Below, piece by piece: positions 1 to 15,000 of a stretch of 64,000 nt of DNA. Every line of letters begins with the position of its first letter. The stretch's first letter is position 1. The DNA is taken from NCBI GenBank assembly GCA_040285855.1, contig JAUFOQ010000003.1, positions 248,001-312,000 of the forward strand. Direction: 5' to 3'. The notes below the pieces were generated by a model. It was not told the origin of the DNA and ran no database searches. It saw only the letters and a list, made by a program, of their open reading frames with translations. Made by a program: the position numbers and the translations under genes. Source of the stretch: Eukaryota sp. GEM-RC1 (lineage: Eukaryota).

Positions 1-3000
1 ACGAAATCATCAGTAGACGAACAAATAGAAGAAAAATCACATGAATCAATTGATATTTCAGACAAACTAACAGTAGAAGCCATGGAACTAAACAAAACAA
101 GAGATGAATCGGAAACTGACAAATGCTGTCCAGAGACACGGGAAAACTGAGAAGTGAAAACAAAGTGAGATGATGAAGAAATAGACAAATTAGTAAAAGA
201 TAAATGAGATGAGGACAATACCGTGAATAAAGGACCAATCAAATTTGAATATCTAGTATCCTTTAATTCTACTGTACTCACAGATAGATCAAAGATTCGT
301 CCTTTAGAAGATGACTGAGCAGTAGATTTTACATCAAGATTAGTAATAACAAGAGAACTAGAAACTGACTCGATGGCTGTAAGACAATTTTCAAAAGCAA
401 CATCATTAATTTGAAGGTCCTTTTCACTGGTAATCTTCATTCCAGGTTCTGATTGGGTACAAACAAATAGAACGTCTTTTCCCTCAAAGACACCAAGCTG
501 AGAATTATCCAAATTAATTGGAGTATATCCGTCATAAGTTCCTGGTAAAAGAGTTAGCTTGTCTCCTGGTAAAGTTTTTGATAAAGCCATTGGAATAGAC
601 AAACAAGGAGCAGTAGAGGTTCCGCAACAAACGGAATCAAAACCAAATGGAGAAACATAGAACTCAAAGGAATGATCAGGATCAATTTTAGCTCCAACTT
701 GAGCAAACATGTAATCATCAGTATAATTAAATCCAAAATTAAAGAGACAATTACCAGTGATACGTTCGAACTTATAGTCATGAAGACCATGTGAGAAGAA
801 GTGGAACTTTGTAGCTGGATTAATTGGGTGGGAAGGGAAAAAGTCGAGGTAGAAGGTACCATTGTAATGAATGTAATCAGACGTAACGGAATCATGAATG
901 TAAACGTCATTGGAGTGGTAGAGACTCAACGTGAAGTTAGAAGAAGGGGTCAGAATGATTGACCCTGAGTGATTGAGATGATCACGTACGCTGATTGTAC
1001 CCTCATTTGATAAGTGACCAACTGTAGAAGAGTCACCACTGGAAATGAGAGATTGACCAAATGGAATAGTTAGTTCCTCAAAGATAAAGAGAGAAGAAAT
1101 CAATTCCACGTCAGATGACATCAGCTTTGGATAAGTAATGGTCAGATTACCGTAGTTAGTTAATCCATTAAGATGAGTAGGACTTGTAAAGTTGAGTTGA
1201 TCCGACACGTGGACAATTAAAGGAGAAGTAAACGTGACCAGAGAATCAACGTGGTCAATGACTGTAAGTAGATGAGGAGCAAAGACGTGATCACCTTGGG
1301 AGAATACAATAGAAGAGTTATAAAGATTAAGTAGGGATTCACATTGGACAAAGGAAGAATTAGTGATAAGAAGATGAACTTGATCAAGGACAGCCTCACC
1401 ACAAGAAAGAAGTTGATTTGATTCAATAAGGGAATTAACGAGAGTTCCACCTTGAACAAATGAATTAATAACAGTAGCGTTACTTTCAAACGATCCACCA
1501 GAAATAGTAACAGTATCTAAAACAAGATGAGTATAAGAGACAAAAGATCCACCTGAAACATTGACAAAACATTTTGATAACAAATTACAATCAACAGTCA
1601 CGTTTTCATTGATTGATAGATTACCTCCAAGGATGGTTAGTGTTACATCAGAAGGATTAATGAAGGATTCGGGCTCAAATGTGACAGAGAGAATATCAGA
1701 AATTTCAAATATATCAGGAATTGAGTGAATTTGCGATTCAGACGTAAAGACAACATCACCATTGGATGCATCAGAAAGAGAAAGCTTAGTAATTGATGAC
1801 GAAACAGAGATGTTTCCTCCGTTAATGGAGATCAAATGAAGGTCAGGAACGTCAGCATTAATGAAAACACTACCACCAATTGAAGAAATACGTGTTGAAC
1901 TTTCAAAAGTAGCATCCATGGAAAGATGAGTGATCCCTTCCATAGACAAAATCGAAACATTTTGATTGATTGAAGTAGGTGACATCACCAACTGTCCAGA
2001 ATTGATCAAACAAGAAGAAGACGAACAATCAACAGCTCCATGAAGTGTCGTGGATGCTGATTCTAGAGTAATAATAGTACCATTGATGTTAACAACTGAT
2101 GAATCAGTGGCAGTGGAATTTGACCATAGACTGAGCACTGATTGAGGCGAAACTGTTGAAGTTCCATTGAAAGTTCCACTGATGAAAACATCATTTGAAC
2201 CAAAGAAAACAGAATTACGGTTAAAGATCAAACTGGAAACGTCATCTCCAGTGATAGTTGAGTTTGAGAATACAAAATGATGAGAGTTCTCCGTAATAGT
2301 TGAAGCTTTGGAATCAAAAGTCATGGAAGACGCATGTCCTTGACAGTGTAAATTGAGAGAAGTGTTGGTCAAAAACAAAATACCATTATGAACATGACAT
2401 GTAGAAGAGGAAGCGAAGGTGACAGACGATGGACCAGAAATATTTAAAGTTGTAATCATAACATTTTCAGACACAACAACTTCACCATCACCAGACAACA
2501 AACCACTGCAAGAATTCAAAGAATCAACTGGCAGAATCACAGTCAAATCTTGGTAAATGAAATGTCCAGAATCAAACTCCAAAGTACCCACATTAAAGTC
2601 GGAAGAAACATTATTAGAGATCACTAACAGAGAATTACTGAGTAACTGTAGAGAAGAAAGTGACCCAGTCAAAAGAGAATCTGAGTAAAAGACTACAGTA
2701 CCATCCTGTGGACCAATCATCCATGAAGATTGATTGAGAGTGATTGTAACAGGATCAAAAACAGAAAGAGATCCACTATCAATGTTTAAGTCCATATTGA
2801 CTAGATTGGAAGATCCATTAAGAACAGCAATTCCTTGATTGAAAGTAGAGATCATTACGTCCTCAAGATTACATTGTTCAACAACTAATGTCGCATTGGA
2901 AACAGTAACATCACCATCATTGAACTCACACTTGAAAGAGCCAGATAGGACTAAAAGACCTTCATCAATGACAGAAAGAGAAGTGAAGGGGGAAAGATCA

Positions 3001-6000
3001 GTTTGAAGAACTACTTTGCCTGTTTTAGAGTAGACAACAAGACTTCCTGAACCTTTTACTTCACCTTTATTGTGGAAGTTGAAAGATCCATGGACTTTAA
3101 CGACAGAATCACCAGAAACATTGATCAAACCATGAGAGAAAGAGGAGATACCACCAATATCAAAACTAGAGGAATCAGTTACTTCAATGTAGTTATAGTT
3201 GAAGAAATCAGAAGAAATTCCACCAGTGGCAGCGTCTGAAACAATGATAGTTCCCTTGTTAATTACTGAGGGATCTGACAATGAATTAATTGCACCTACA
3301 AGAGAACTATGGTTGGTAAACAAAATCACACCAGAACCATTATTAAGTAGTTGAGAACCATTAACAAGCATGAGAGAAGTATCAATAATCTCAAGGATAT
3401 CGTGATTAATTAAGCTGTGACCATTAACCAGAGACTTTGGAGAGTCATTTCGGAAGACAGAAGGAGCAAAGAGAGTGGTAGAACCAGCATCAGTGAGGAC
3501 ACCTTCAGACCAAATAAATTGAGAAACAACATCAATGTTTCCTGTTCCACTTCTAGTTCCACCACAGAGATGGAAGAGATCAACAGTCAAAGAGTGATTG
3601 TGATTGAGCTCAAAGATTCCACCACAAATGATTAGTTCTGTGAAGTGATGAGTAGGAGTTGAGTTGATTTCGTCAAACAAAACATGTCCTCCAGTGATTG
3701 TGGCAGACACATTACTCAAAGCTAACAAGGCGTCACCATCAAAGAAGACAGATCCTCCAGTAATACTCCAAGAAGAAGGAGTAAAGGAGACATTGGAATG
3801 AGGATGTACCACGACTTCTCCAGTACCAGAAACAGAGAGGTGATAGAAATCAAGGACAGTTAAATTGTGTAATAGATTGACTAAACCGCCAGAGGAAGTA
3901 AATGAAAGAGCATCAACCAATCCATTGAGATGAATAATACCATTAGATTGTACAATTGTAGCAGTTTCAACAGATAACTGAGGAACAAATGTAACAACTC
4001 CTCCATCAACTTTCATAACACCAGAATGATCAAAAACACCGTCAATGGTGACGTCAGATTCTGGTCTAGATACGTGAAGAGTTCCAGGAGAGTTACGGAC
4101 AAGCGAGGAGTTGAAAAATTCGAATTTACCAGTCAGTTCAAACGTACAACCATCATTAATTTGAATAATTCCATCTGAATAAGAGTCAGTTCCAACAGAT
4201 AAGGTTCCATTTTCAACTAAAACATATGCATAATTCTGGAGAGCCAACAAAAAGTCAAAAGTCTCATTGGTAGAACCTTTAATGAATGTTCCTAGATTCT
4301 TAAAGATGGGAAGTTCATCTCCAGAAGCAGTTGGATTCAATTCTCCTTGGCCTCCAATTGTAAAGAGGGAACCAGGTTGGTTGATGATAGCCGTGTTACT
4401 GCCAGCAAGCAAAGTACCATCAAGCAAGGAAACATTACCATAGTTTTCAAGAACGTGTCCAAGGTCAATGGTCATAGTTGAAACTCCATCGACATTCATA
4501 AGTCTCATATTTCTAGTAATTCCTTCCTCAACAAATTTTCCACCTCTCCAAATAAGTTCTTCAGTTACTTCAAGAATACCAGTTCCAGAACGCTTACCTC
4601 CTTCAACAGTCAGAGTAGCAACGTACATTGGCTCCAGAGAGTCCAATCGAAGTTCGCCATCACGAATCAAAGCAGAAGCAAAGATAGGATCAGTGGCAAG
4701 AGAGTTATCCTGGATATGAACAATACCTCCAAGAAGGGTGAATGTAGAGTTTGTAACACCGGAAATAGCACCGGAGTGGAGAGTCAGCTGACCTCCGCTG
4801 AGATGAATGTCAGATTGGGATAAAGAAATAAAAGAACCAGGAAGAACATCAACATTTCCACCTCCCATTTCAACAGACTTGAGATGAAGAACAGTTGATT
4901 GATTGTGAAAGTTGACGTGACCATTCGACATGTCAGTAATTGAAACAAGAGGAACAAATGAATTCTCCAAAAACTCAACGTTACCATTACTTTTAAGTTC
5001 AAGATTCATTTCATTAATGACAGCCAATGAAGTAATCAAAAGGTTTGATTGATCAGCTGCAATAACAGAAGCTCCAGAATGATTATAAACACCAGAAACA
5101 ATCACCAACGAAGAAGACTCGATGAGAGAGAATTGACTACCAGGGGTACCAGATACAAGTGAAGATTCATTAACGGAGAAAGTACCAGTGAAAGCAATTA
5201 CTGAGTTGTCTTTTATGAAAATAGATCCAGATGACCAAGATTCAGTGCCCACTTTAAGAAGATTTGGAGAACATGCCGTTTCTGATAAGACAATTGTACC
5301 AACATTGTGAAGTCTGACGAAGAAATCAAATTCATTACAACCTGTTTTTTGAATAGTAGATGACTCAGAATTGAAAAGATTGGTCGACTAAGAGCGTCAG
5401 ATGATTTGATTGTACCGGCGCCATCAATTAAAAACAAGGAGTCAGGGTTATGATAAATAAGAGTATCTGCATCAGCAATGACAGTTCCTGCTGAGAACAC
5501 AGTGTAATTGAAGAGAGACAGAGTGTGAGAATTGGTCAAGAACTTCTCATTGTTTTCATTGATAAAAGTATTCACAAGAGAGTGTGTTACCGAGTCAGAA
5601 TCAAGGGTACCAGAGTTCCATACAAAGGAATTGGAAACGTTTAATGTACGGTCTCCCGTTCTCTTACCTCCATCTAACAACAGATTGTCAACAATCACTG
5701 ATTTAGTCTGATCATTATCGACTGAAATATTAAAAATTCCTCCATTCAAAGTCACGTGATCAAAGTGGGGAATTGATTGATCAACATCTTGAAATTGGAA
5801 CTCACCATCATTAACAATAACAATGGTATCACTAAAGATTGAGTTTGAGTGAGATGTTACAAGGAATTCGCCACTATTAACAGTTAGTATAGACTTATCA
5901 AAAGAGGCAAAGTCAGTAGTGGAAGATTCAATCAGACCTTCATTGAGAGTTAAGAAATCAACAAGTGACACTGTGGAAGAGTCAAGAATCTGGAGATTAC

Positions 6001-9000
6001 CGCCGGAAACTAAACCATGGAGACGATCAATGAGTGAAGAGTGAACAAATTTGACAAAACCACTATTAACATCAACATTTACTATGTTAGAGCGAGACTG
6101 ACTCTTGAAATTAGTAGCAGCTGAATCGTGATCGACAGTCAACTTTCCAGATACGTTATAATGACCATAAACATTCAACAAAGAATCAGAAACATCAAGT
6201 AGAATTTCACCTGAACCATATAAAGTAGCAATGTCAGTTGAAGTAACTTCAGAAGTTACATGAAGGGTTCCAGAAGTAGAGAATGAGTCATTATTAGTGG
6301 CAGTTCCAGACAGAGTTAAGCGACTGCCATCAGTAATGACAAGGCTGTGCTGATTGTCGAAGAACCAACCAAAGATAACATCATTGTGATCCACATTAAT
6401 AATACCTTCATTCAGAATTGTCAATGATGATGTGTCATCGGCCTTACGTAGAATATGACACCTGTCAGTAATACTAACATCAGTATTTTCTAAAACATGG
6501 ATCAGTCCATTGTCGTATCCCAAAACATTACAACGAGTGAACACTGCTTGATTATCAATGATAAGAGAATTGTCATTAGAGATACGTTGTTGCTGAGTAG
6601 AGTCGGAATCAATAACAATAGTACTATGGGAAAAGGTAGTTCCAGTGCCGGACAATGCTCCATTGGTAAATTCAAATTCATTAGTGACATCAATTTGAGA
6701 AGAACCAGTTCTGGAAGCAGTCGCTCCATTCAAAGTCAAATCTGTAATAGGAACGTCATCAATCAAATTAATTTGAAACTCTCCTCCAGTAATTGTCACG
6801 TCATTGAACTGTGGAATTGTTGACGTACTGCCGACTTGGAATAGAACTTGTCCAGATTTAAGGTCAAAATCAGAATTTTGCAGGTCTAACTTAGTTCCAG
6901 TAGTAACAAGCATGGAACCTGAGTTTTGAACAGTAAATGTTGACTCAGTAGAGAACACTTCACTGTTAGCCAGGAGAGTGTAATTTCCTTCATCGACAAT
7001 GATATTTGAAATTTTAAGAGTTTTTGAACCACCCTTATGAGTAACAGAACCCTTAATATTACATTTCTGAATATGATCAATAACTGAACCATGTTCAAAA
7101 TCAAGAGAACCTTCAACAACGTGACAAACCAATTGATTGATATAACCCTCATGAGACAAAACACCGTCATCAGTTACTTCCAACATTGAGGTAGGAAGAA
7201 TTAAGAGAAGGAGAAAGAGACAAGTGACCGGAGGAGACTTCAATGCAAACATCATCTGGAGAACAGTGAACATATCCTTGCAATTCATTGGAAGTTCCTA
7301 TAAAAACTACTTTGCCATTAGAACCATCAGGATTAATGACAAGAGTACCAGAGTCTGGCTGTAAAAGGGTTCCGTCAACAGTAACAGTTGTGTGATCATT
7401 TACTTTAACCAAACCATCTAAAAGAGAATCGCCTGTAAGAGAAACATATCCATAGTCAAAGACAAGTTCATTAAATGAATGAAGATCAGAATCAAACACA
7501 ATTCCCTCATCAGTCTTAACTCTCAGGATTCCCTCATTGACGAAGCCTGAAGTTGTATCACAAGGAGAACAAGATTTGCCGAAGGTGATAGTGTTGCCAG
7601 ATGTGGAGGAAATATTCAGCGAAGCAGACTGGTCAACTACAATTTGGGAATTATTGAAGGTAAAGTCGACATTAGATCCAGAATCTAAAGAAATAGAACC
7701 AGTATTGTTGATGAAAAGAACTGAGTTAGAGTCTATAAACTTTGGTTCATTGGTTTCACTGACAAACTCATCAATGACACGGATGACAGTGTCAGATGCA
7801 ACACTTCCTCCATTAAACACGTAGTGATCAGTATGGACAAGACCGTCAGATTTGATTTTGGATTGATTTTCCATGAAAAAGTCGTCAATTTGAGAAACAC
7901 ATGTTGTATCTTGAATGTGAACAGATGAATCTCCAGAGAGTTTCAAAGAGTCCCAGTGAGGACAGTTCTGGATTCCACCTTTTTCAATGATTAGATCTCC
8001 ACCAGTCATTGTTGTGTCAACATTTGTGAATTTAGCATCAGAATCTTCCACAAAAATGAATGTTCCGTCATTAATAACAATAACAGCATCATTAAAGGAA
8101 GGTGAGCTTCCTTTTCAACAGTCACTACACCATCATGCTGAGTGATTTGATCAAATTTGATATCTGAACCGTCCTTGATATTCAACTTTCCATCGTACAT
8201 ATCTTTAATAATGAGTTCTCCAACAATGGCATCTGGAAGGAAATTAATCTTGCAGTTCTTGTGCATTTCGGAAACAACAAATTTAGAAATATTAGATGTC
8301 AAAACATTAATGGTAGAATTACATATTCCAATGTTTACAAGTTTGGCATTAGTTTGAGTAATATCCAATGGAGTTTGTACTTGAGGCAAATTGATATCCT
8401 GACCTTCAATGTCTTCTCTGAACAGAATAGTTCCTCCAGTGTAGTCAATTGTAATGTTCTGGATGTCAGACAAACGTAAATCCAATAGACCATCCTTCAT
8501 GTAGAGAGTTCCACATAGGTCAACCTTACCATTGAAAGCAACCAGTGAATCAGGATCATTGATGACGATATCACCACATCCTCCAATATACTCAGAAACA
8601 TTCATCTTTGCAGATAAATAAGAAGTAGTTGAAACATTGACATAAACTTCTTTGATTACAACTAAGTTGTCAGAAAAGACAACATCACCGTGATTAACAT
8701 CAATTCTTTTACCATGTATATCCCATTCCATGTCAATAGAGTCTGGTGTAGAAAAGACCAAATCCCCTTGAGTGTAGATAGCTGAATTAGGATATGATCC
8801 ATCATTTACGTACCAGCCTTCAGTTCCAGCAAGAACTAACGTGGAGTTAGAAGGGAGATCAACTCTAGAGCCAGAGTTACCAATGACTGAACCCTTGTTC
8901 CACGTACCAGTCTGTTTAATCCAAAGATTGGCATCGTCATCAAAAATCTTGTCAGTAAGATCAGTTAGCAAAATGGAATCTACATAAACCAATGACGAAG

Positions 9001-12000
9001 CATTCATAACACCATGATTCCAAACAGCATCTGCAACTCTCACGTATTTTCCCCCAAAGGTTCCATCATTCCAAAGCAAATTAGATATGTTTAAAGGATA
9101 ATCAGTTGTGGAAACAAACTTTCCAGACTCTAAAACAAGATTCATCAGTTGAGTGGGAGTTGATTCAAATTGATCAAAAGAAACATCCCCATGAACAATA
9201 ACATTAGAATTGATTGGATTAAAACCGGCAATAGCAGTGAAAGATCCATCATATATGACGACATTGGATAAGTTAAAGTAAACAAAAGAACCCTGAATAA
9301 CTGTAGAACCATCAGTTTGAGTGTAGTTCTTAACATGAACAACAGAAGAGGGATCGAAAACAATGTCTCCGCCATTAAGATCTTGAACGTTAAACCCGTC
9401 AATAACAGAATGCTTGAATTTGAGTTCTCCTGAAGTAATCCGTACAACATCAACGAAAGTACCAATAGTACCATCTTCAAAAACAACATTTCCTCCATCT
9501 AAATGAACAATATTGAGTTCAGAAATACTGGATTCTCTGAGTGTAACGTTTCCTTTAACTAAACAAAGGTTCATATGGATAATAGTGGCACTAGAGAAGA
9601 CAACTTCAACTCCTTCGTTGATGATAACACAGCCATCAAAATCGACAATTCCATTAACCACAGAATCAGCATCAAAAGTGAGAGTACCATTTCCAGAGAT
9701 CAGAGAATCAGAAGTGAAAGTAGTGGGAGAATCAATGATGATAGAACCATCAGAAGAAGTAGAAATAGTCTTATCGATGGAAAACTGACACTTAGAAAAA
9801 GTTAACAGACTTTCTACATGGACAGAACCATGATTGATCAGATCCATTTGGAAGATCAATGGTCCTTTCTTAACAAGTAACGTGTCATTGTTGATAAAAG
9901 TACTAGAACAACCATCAAGAGTGACTGAAGAAGAAGTATCAACTACAAAAGAGTGGGAGTCAATCACACAAGATTCAGTACCAGAAGCAAGTCCAGAAGC
10001 AAAGGTAGCTGAAAGAGACTTAATTGAGGCATCACAGGTGACAGTAGAAGTAGCAGTAATTGTGGAACTAGCAAGAGTAAGTACATCAGATCCAGTAAAA
10101 ATACCTCCGATTAATTCAGCATCCTCAATTGTCCATGGAGAATTAGAAACAATCTTTCCCTTGAGAAGTTTTAAGTTTGATATATAAGAACCAGTAGTCA
10201 ATGAGTCCACGTGGATAATGCCACCTGATTGAACAAGATTCTCAATAGAAAATGAAGAATCTACTGATAAAATATCAATTAATCCCGATTTAAGTTTGAA
10301 TTCATTAGGTGATTGTGTGATATTCGTTCCAGAATCAAACACAAGAGTTGCATTAATCGAGTCAAGTGTAAAGTCAATATCAATCCAGTTAACATTAGAA
10401 CTTTCTAAAAAGGAAATAGTGCTGTGAGATTTGGGCAGTATTTGAGGAGATTTCAAATACAGATTAGCAGCGGTAAAAGTAAAATCTTTCTCTACATGAA
10501 CAATGGTATTTGGAAGAGTTTCAAAATCACCACTGAAAGTAGAATACTCTGAAAAGAAGATCTCACCTTTAGCAATCACAAACTCCCCAGCAATTTGGGA
10601 AACATTCCAATCAAAAAGCAATGGTTCATCATAGGTAATGACAGTTCTGTTGAAGTTGATGAAGGTACTGATGGCTGTAGAAGCATTTACCAGAGGATCG
10701 TTCAACCAATGACCATACATCAAGTTTGTGTGCCCATGATTAATAAATTGAGATTCAAAACCACCAGTGATATTAGCATTGATTTCTCCAACTCCTCTAT
10801 TAATAATCCTAGTATTTTCATCAATAATATGATAAAAGTCGTCATCTTCAGGATCTTTAGGATGAATATAGAGACAAGCCCCAGGTAGAATTTCGACGGA
10901 ACCTCTTCCACTCAAAGTACCAGTTAACCAAGTAAGAGAACAAGAAATGATAAGAGATTGTCCAGGATTGACAACAAAGTCAGTAGCAAGAGTCAAATCA
11001 CAGAACGTGACACTTCCTTCAATAACAAGTTCCGTCCCTTCAATTGAAAGAGACGAATATGTACAAATAGTAACATTTTCTAAAAAGGCAAGAGTTCCAT
11101 AGGGGCCAATTTTAGCCTGGTTAAAGCAAACAAATCCAGCGTATTCAGACCTACCACCTTGAAACATTCTGATAACAGATTGGTTGTAATAACACCAAGT
11201 ATCAGGGTTATAGTGGTAATTATAGCCAGGACCATATTCAATGTAACTACCTGGAGTGGACAACAATCTTCCATCAGCGGAATCGTATCCACCTCTGAAC
11301 AATCTCATCACAAACTCAGAGGGAAGAGAAATATTGCCTCTGTTTTGTAATTCCCAACTAAATTCGAAATCAATATCACTCATTTCGGTTGTATGCAGAA
11401 CCATTCCATGGTTGACATAGACAACAGGCAATTCGTCCGGAGTGGTATGAACATAAGAAGAGAGAAGTAGAGGTTCAGGTTCTTTGAAAGGAAGAAGGAA
11501 CGATCCTCCGTTATAAACATATAACAAGTCGTTAAAAATGATAGAGGCGTTAGTACCACCAATGATACTACAGTAGGTCATCCACTGAACTTCATCTTCA
11601 AAAATTACTGTAGCAGCATCCAGGACTTCCTTTTCAAACATGTCTTCAATAACACAACCTTTTTCAGCAATTGTCAAGCCTGGATTCATAAAACCACCAC
11701 CCCGTTGCCAGGTGAAACGATTCTGGACATAAACGGTATCAGTTCCAGCTCTAAAACCTCCAGAAATTTCCAAAGTTTTCAAAAATATAGTATGGTTGGT
11801 GTAAAGAGAAACAACACCATGAACTTCTATAGTAAGCATTTCAAAAGGAACTTCTGGATTTACAAACTCATCAAAGATGACGTGAGTTCCTCTAACAACA
11901 ATTGAAACTTCATCAGCAATGAATGCTTGATCTGTAACATGGAAAGTTCCCTCATTCTGAATTGCACATTCTTTCAGAGAGAACAAAGTTTTCACAACAA

Positions 12001-15000
12001 TCATACCGTTAGATTGGCGAATAACAAATGTAAAGAAATCACCGTCAATATATGAGGTGTTAGCATGTTCAAAGACGAAAACTTCATCCATCACACCAAT
12101 ACGTGATCCTGGGAAGCAATAAACTGGGGCAAACGACTGACCCCCACCAATCATAAGTAGTTCACCTGCCATAACCGTCATGGAGGTACCATTGTGTGTG
12201 ATTACATAACCGCAATCAAACTGACCAAGAACTTCTAAATCGCCATAATTGATAAACTTGTTAGATAAATGGTACGATGAGGTTGAGTTGGCTGGAGTAG
12301 GCATTTCACTGAGTCTAAATGAACCAATAACTGAAACTACACCCTCATTAATGATTGTGGCAAATCCACCGAAAAGATCTCCAGGTCCAATGAAGTCAAA
12401 AGAAGATTTAACAACAAGCTTGGAGTCCTTTAACATGTATTTGTAAAAATTTTCCTCAGCTACTTCACCATAATTCATTATCCATAAATGACAATTCAAA
12501 CCTAAACCTCCACCAGTCCATTTCAGAGTGTTAACACGAGCTAAATTAGGACCATGAATGAAACCAATCTCGTCAATGAATAAGTTAGTGATATTAACAA
12601 CACCATCAGTGTTAAGAGTAACATTACCTTGAGTTACATGAACATTGATAAGAGTTACCATTTGAGCTACTTTGTTAAAGAAAACATTTCCCATTAGGAC
12701 ATCAAGATTGAAAGGGATATCCAGTACCGCACCATCGTCAAAGATTAAAGTTCCTTCTTGAACACTGACTAACACAGAAGTGGAGAAGAAACCTTGAATG
12801 TAAACTGTGGTATCATACATTAGCTCGATTGTTCCATCAGAAAGGAAAGTAGAATTTGGTCCAATGAAAGATGGATATTTAGCAGAAGCAAACATAATGG
12901 TTGTTGAGTCCTCCAGTTTAAACAATCCGTTTCCTGACAAGGAGTTATAGGCACGTAAGTTACCAAACTGAAGCTGGAGAAGTCCTTCAACTTCAATTCT
13001 CCAACAAAAGAAACTAGTGACTGCGAAGGGCAACTGAGTGAATGTACCTTCAATGATGAGAGTGGCATCACAGTAACAAGGAGCTGCAATTGGAGGATCA
13101 TTAGGAACTCTACAACTGAAGACTGCATCGTTGTTCAAATTTAGAACACCAGTAGGAGAAATCACCAGAGAAGCATTATCAAATCCTGTTAAATGACCGC
13201 TACTTCCCTGACCAACGAAGTTCATCGTGAATCACTACTGTGGATGTAATAATACGCTTATCCGCACCACCTGTAAGTTGAAGAACATTATAAACGTTCA
13301 CTTCCATATTCCCTCTGAAAGTACCACCACTCCAAGTAAACACGTCTCCAGAAGCATCATCAAAACCATCTGGATCAGCAGCAACAGAAGTTCCGTTAAT
13401 AATGATATTATCACCATCTCCAACAATTTCGGCTGAGTCTTGTAACAAGCCATATCCATCAAAGGTAACGAGACCGAGACCAGTTGAGAATTTCATCACT
13501 GAACGTGAACGAAGCTCAAATCCTTTGACAGAACCAAGATCATTGGACAAATTATGGAAATGAAGATTAGGAGTTCGGTAAAGAACATTATCTAAAGGCA
13601 ATCTGATAGCGTCAATACTTAAGTCAATAGGTCCAGTGAATGTTACTGTACCAGTATTATATGAAAGCAACCGAGAACTGAACACACCTTTAACAAACAC
13701 GTTGACTGAAGAGCTAATGGGTCGGAAATGAGCAACAGTAGAAAACTCTCCATCGATAACTTCAGTAACATTAGATGAATCATGGAAGATGAAGGAATGT
13801 AAACTTGTTCCATAGGAAAACTCTAATCCAGTAGGAGAAGTACTACTGGATTGCAATAGAACAAGGGAGTGAACATCAAGATAGCGTGAAAACCGTGAAA
13901 CACCAGCAAAATGATATACCGGAGTTTCAAAGATAACATGAAGATCAAATCTACGTAAGTGATTTTCAAACAATTCTGTTTGAGGTCCTTTGAAAGTTAC
14001 CTTTTGAACAGTTCCAGTGAACTGAACTTTTCTGATCTCAGCCAATCCTTGAACAGTCATTAAAGAAGAATCGCTCAATGCAATAGCGTTACCAGTATCG
14101 ATGAGGAGAACAGATCCGGGGGAGAAAAACAATGATGACGTCAACAATATTCTCTTTTGAGGAGGCTTGTTAACAAATTGAGTGGAAGTACATGTACCAA
14201 TAGAACCAGTATAGAGGACAGTTATGGAAGAGGAAGTTTTTTCAATTAACCCACAATTCCAGACGAAATTGTCAACAATAATGTTATCCGTTCCAGTCAG
14301 TCGTCCTCCATGAATAATTAAATTATTAAACCGCAAGTTATGCCCTGTGGAAAACTCAACTTCTCCATTGTAAATCTCAATGTCTGTAAATTCTGAAGCA
14401 GTCGCAGTATCAACAAACCGAACATACTCAGATGAAGTCATTCGAAGAGACTTTGAAGTAATTTCTTCTTTCGTATCACCAAAAACCATATAAGAATCTT
14501 CCTCAATTGAGAGATAATCAAAGGTCCAATTTCCCATAGCAGGAGTGGATCCATCAACGTAAAGCCAGACCCGTCCAGTAAGAACTATATCAGTAAGGTT
14601 CACTACGGAGTTTGGGCCGAAGACCCATTTTCCATAGTCTTGTGAAAACTTAGGTGAAAGAGTCCAATCTGCATCAAATGAAACAACGTGATTACTCCAG
14701 TGATTAGACCAATGATAAATCCAGTCAGACATGTGAATGTTTCCTGGACCATGAGCATTAACTTGATTAGTAAATTCATGATCGAAATGATTCAAAAACA
14801 GTCTAGTGTTTTCTTCCAAGTAGTATTGACCTGTAGAGTAAGACCAGCCATCATATGTAACACTAACACCACGAGATGCAGTAAATTCATTGAGTTGCTG
14901 GGTGTTAAATGCAAGGTTAACGGAAATATTATTAACAGGGAAGTCCAAATGACCATAATTGTTCAAATAACTGTTTCGAGTTTTTCCAGACTCAATTGAC

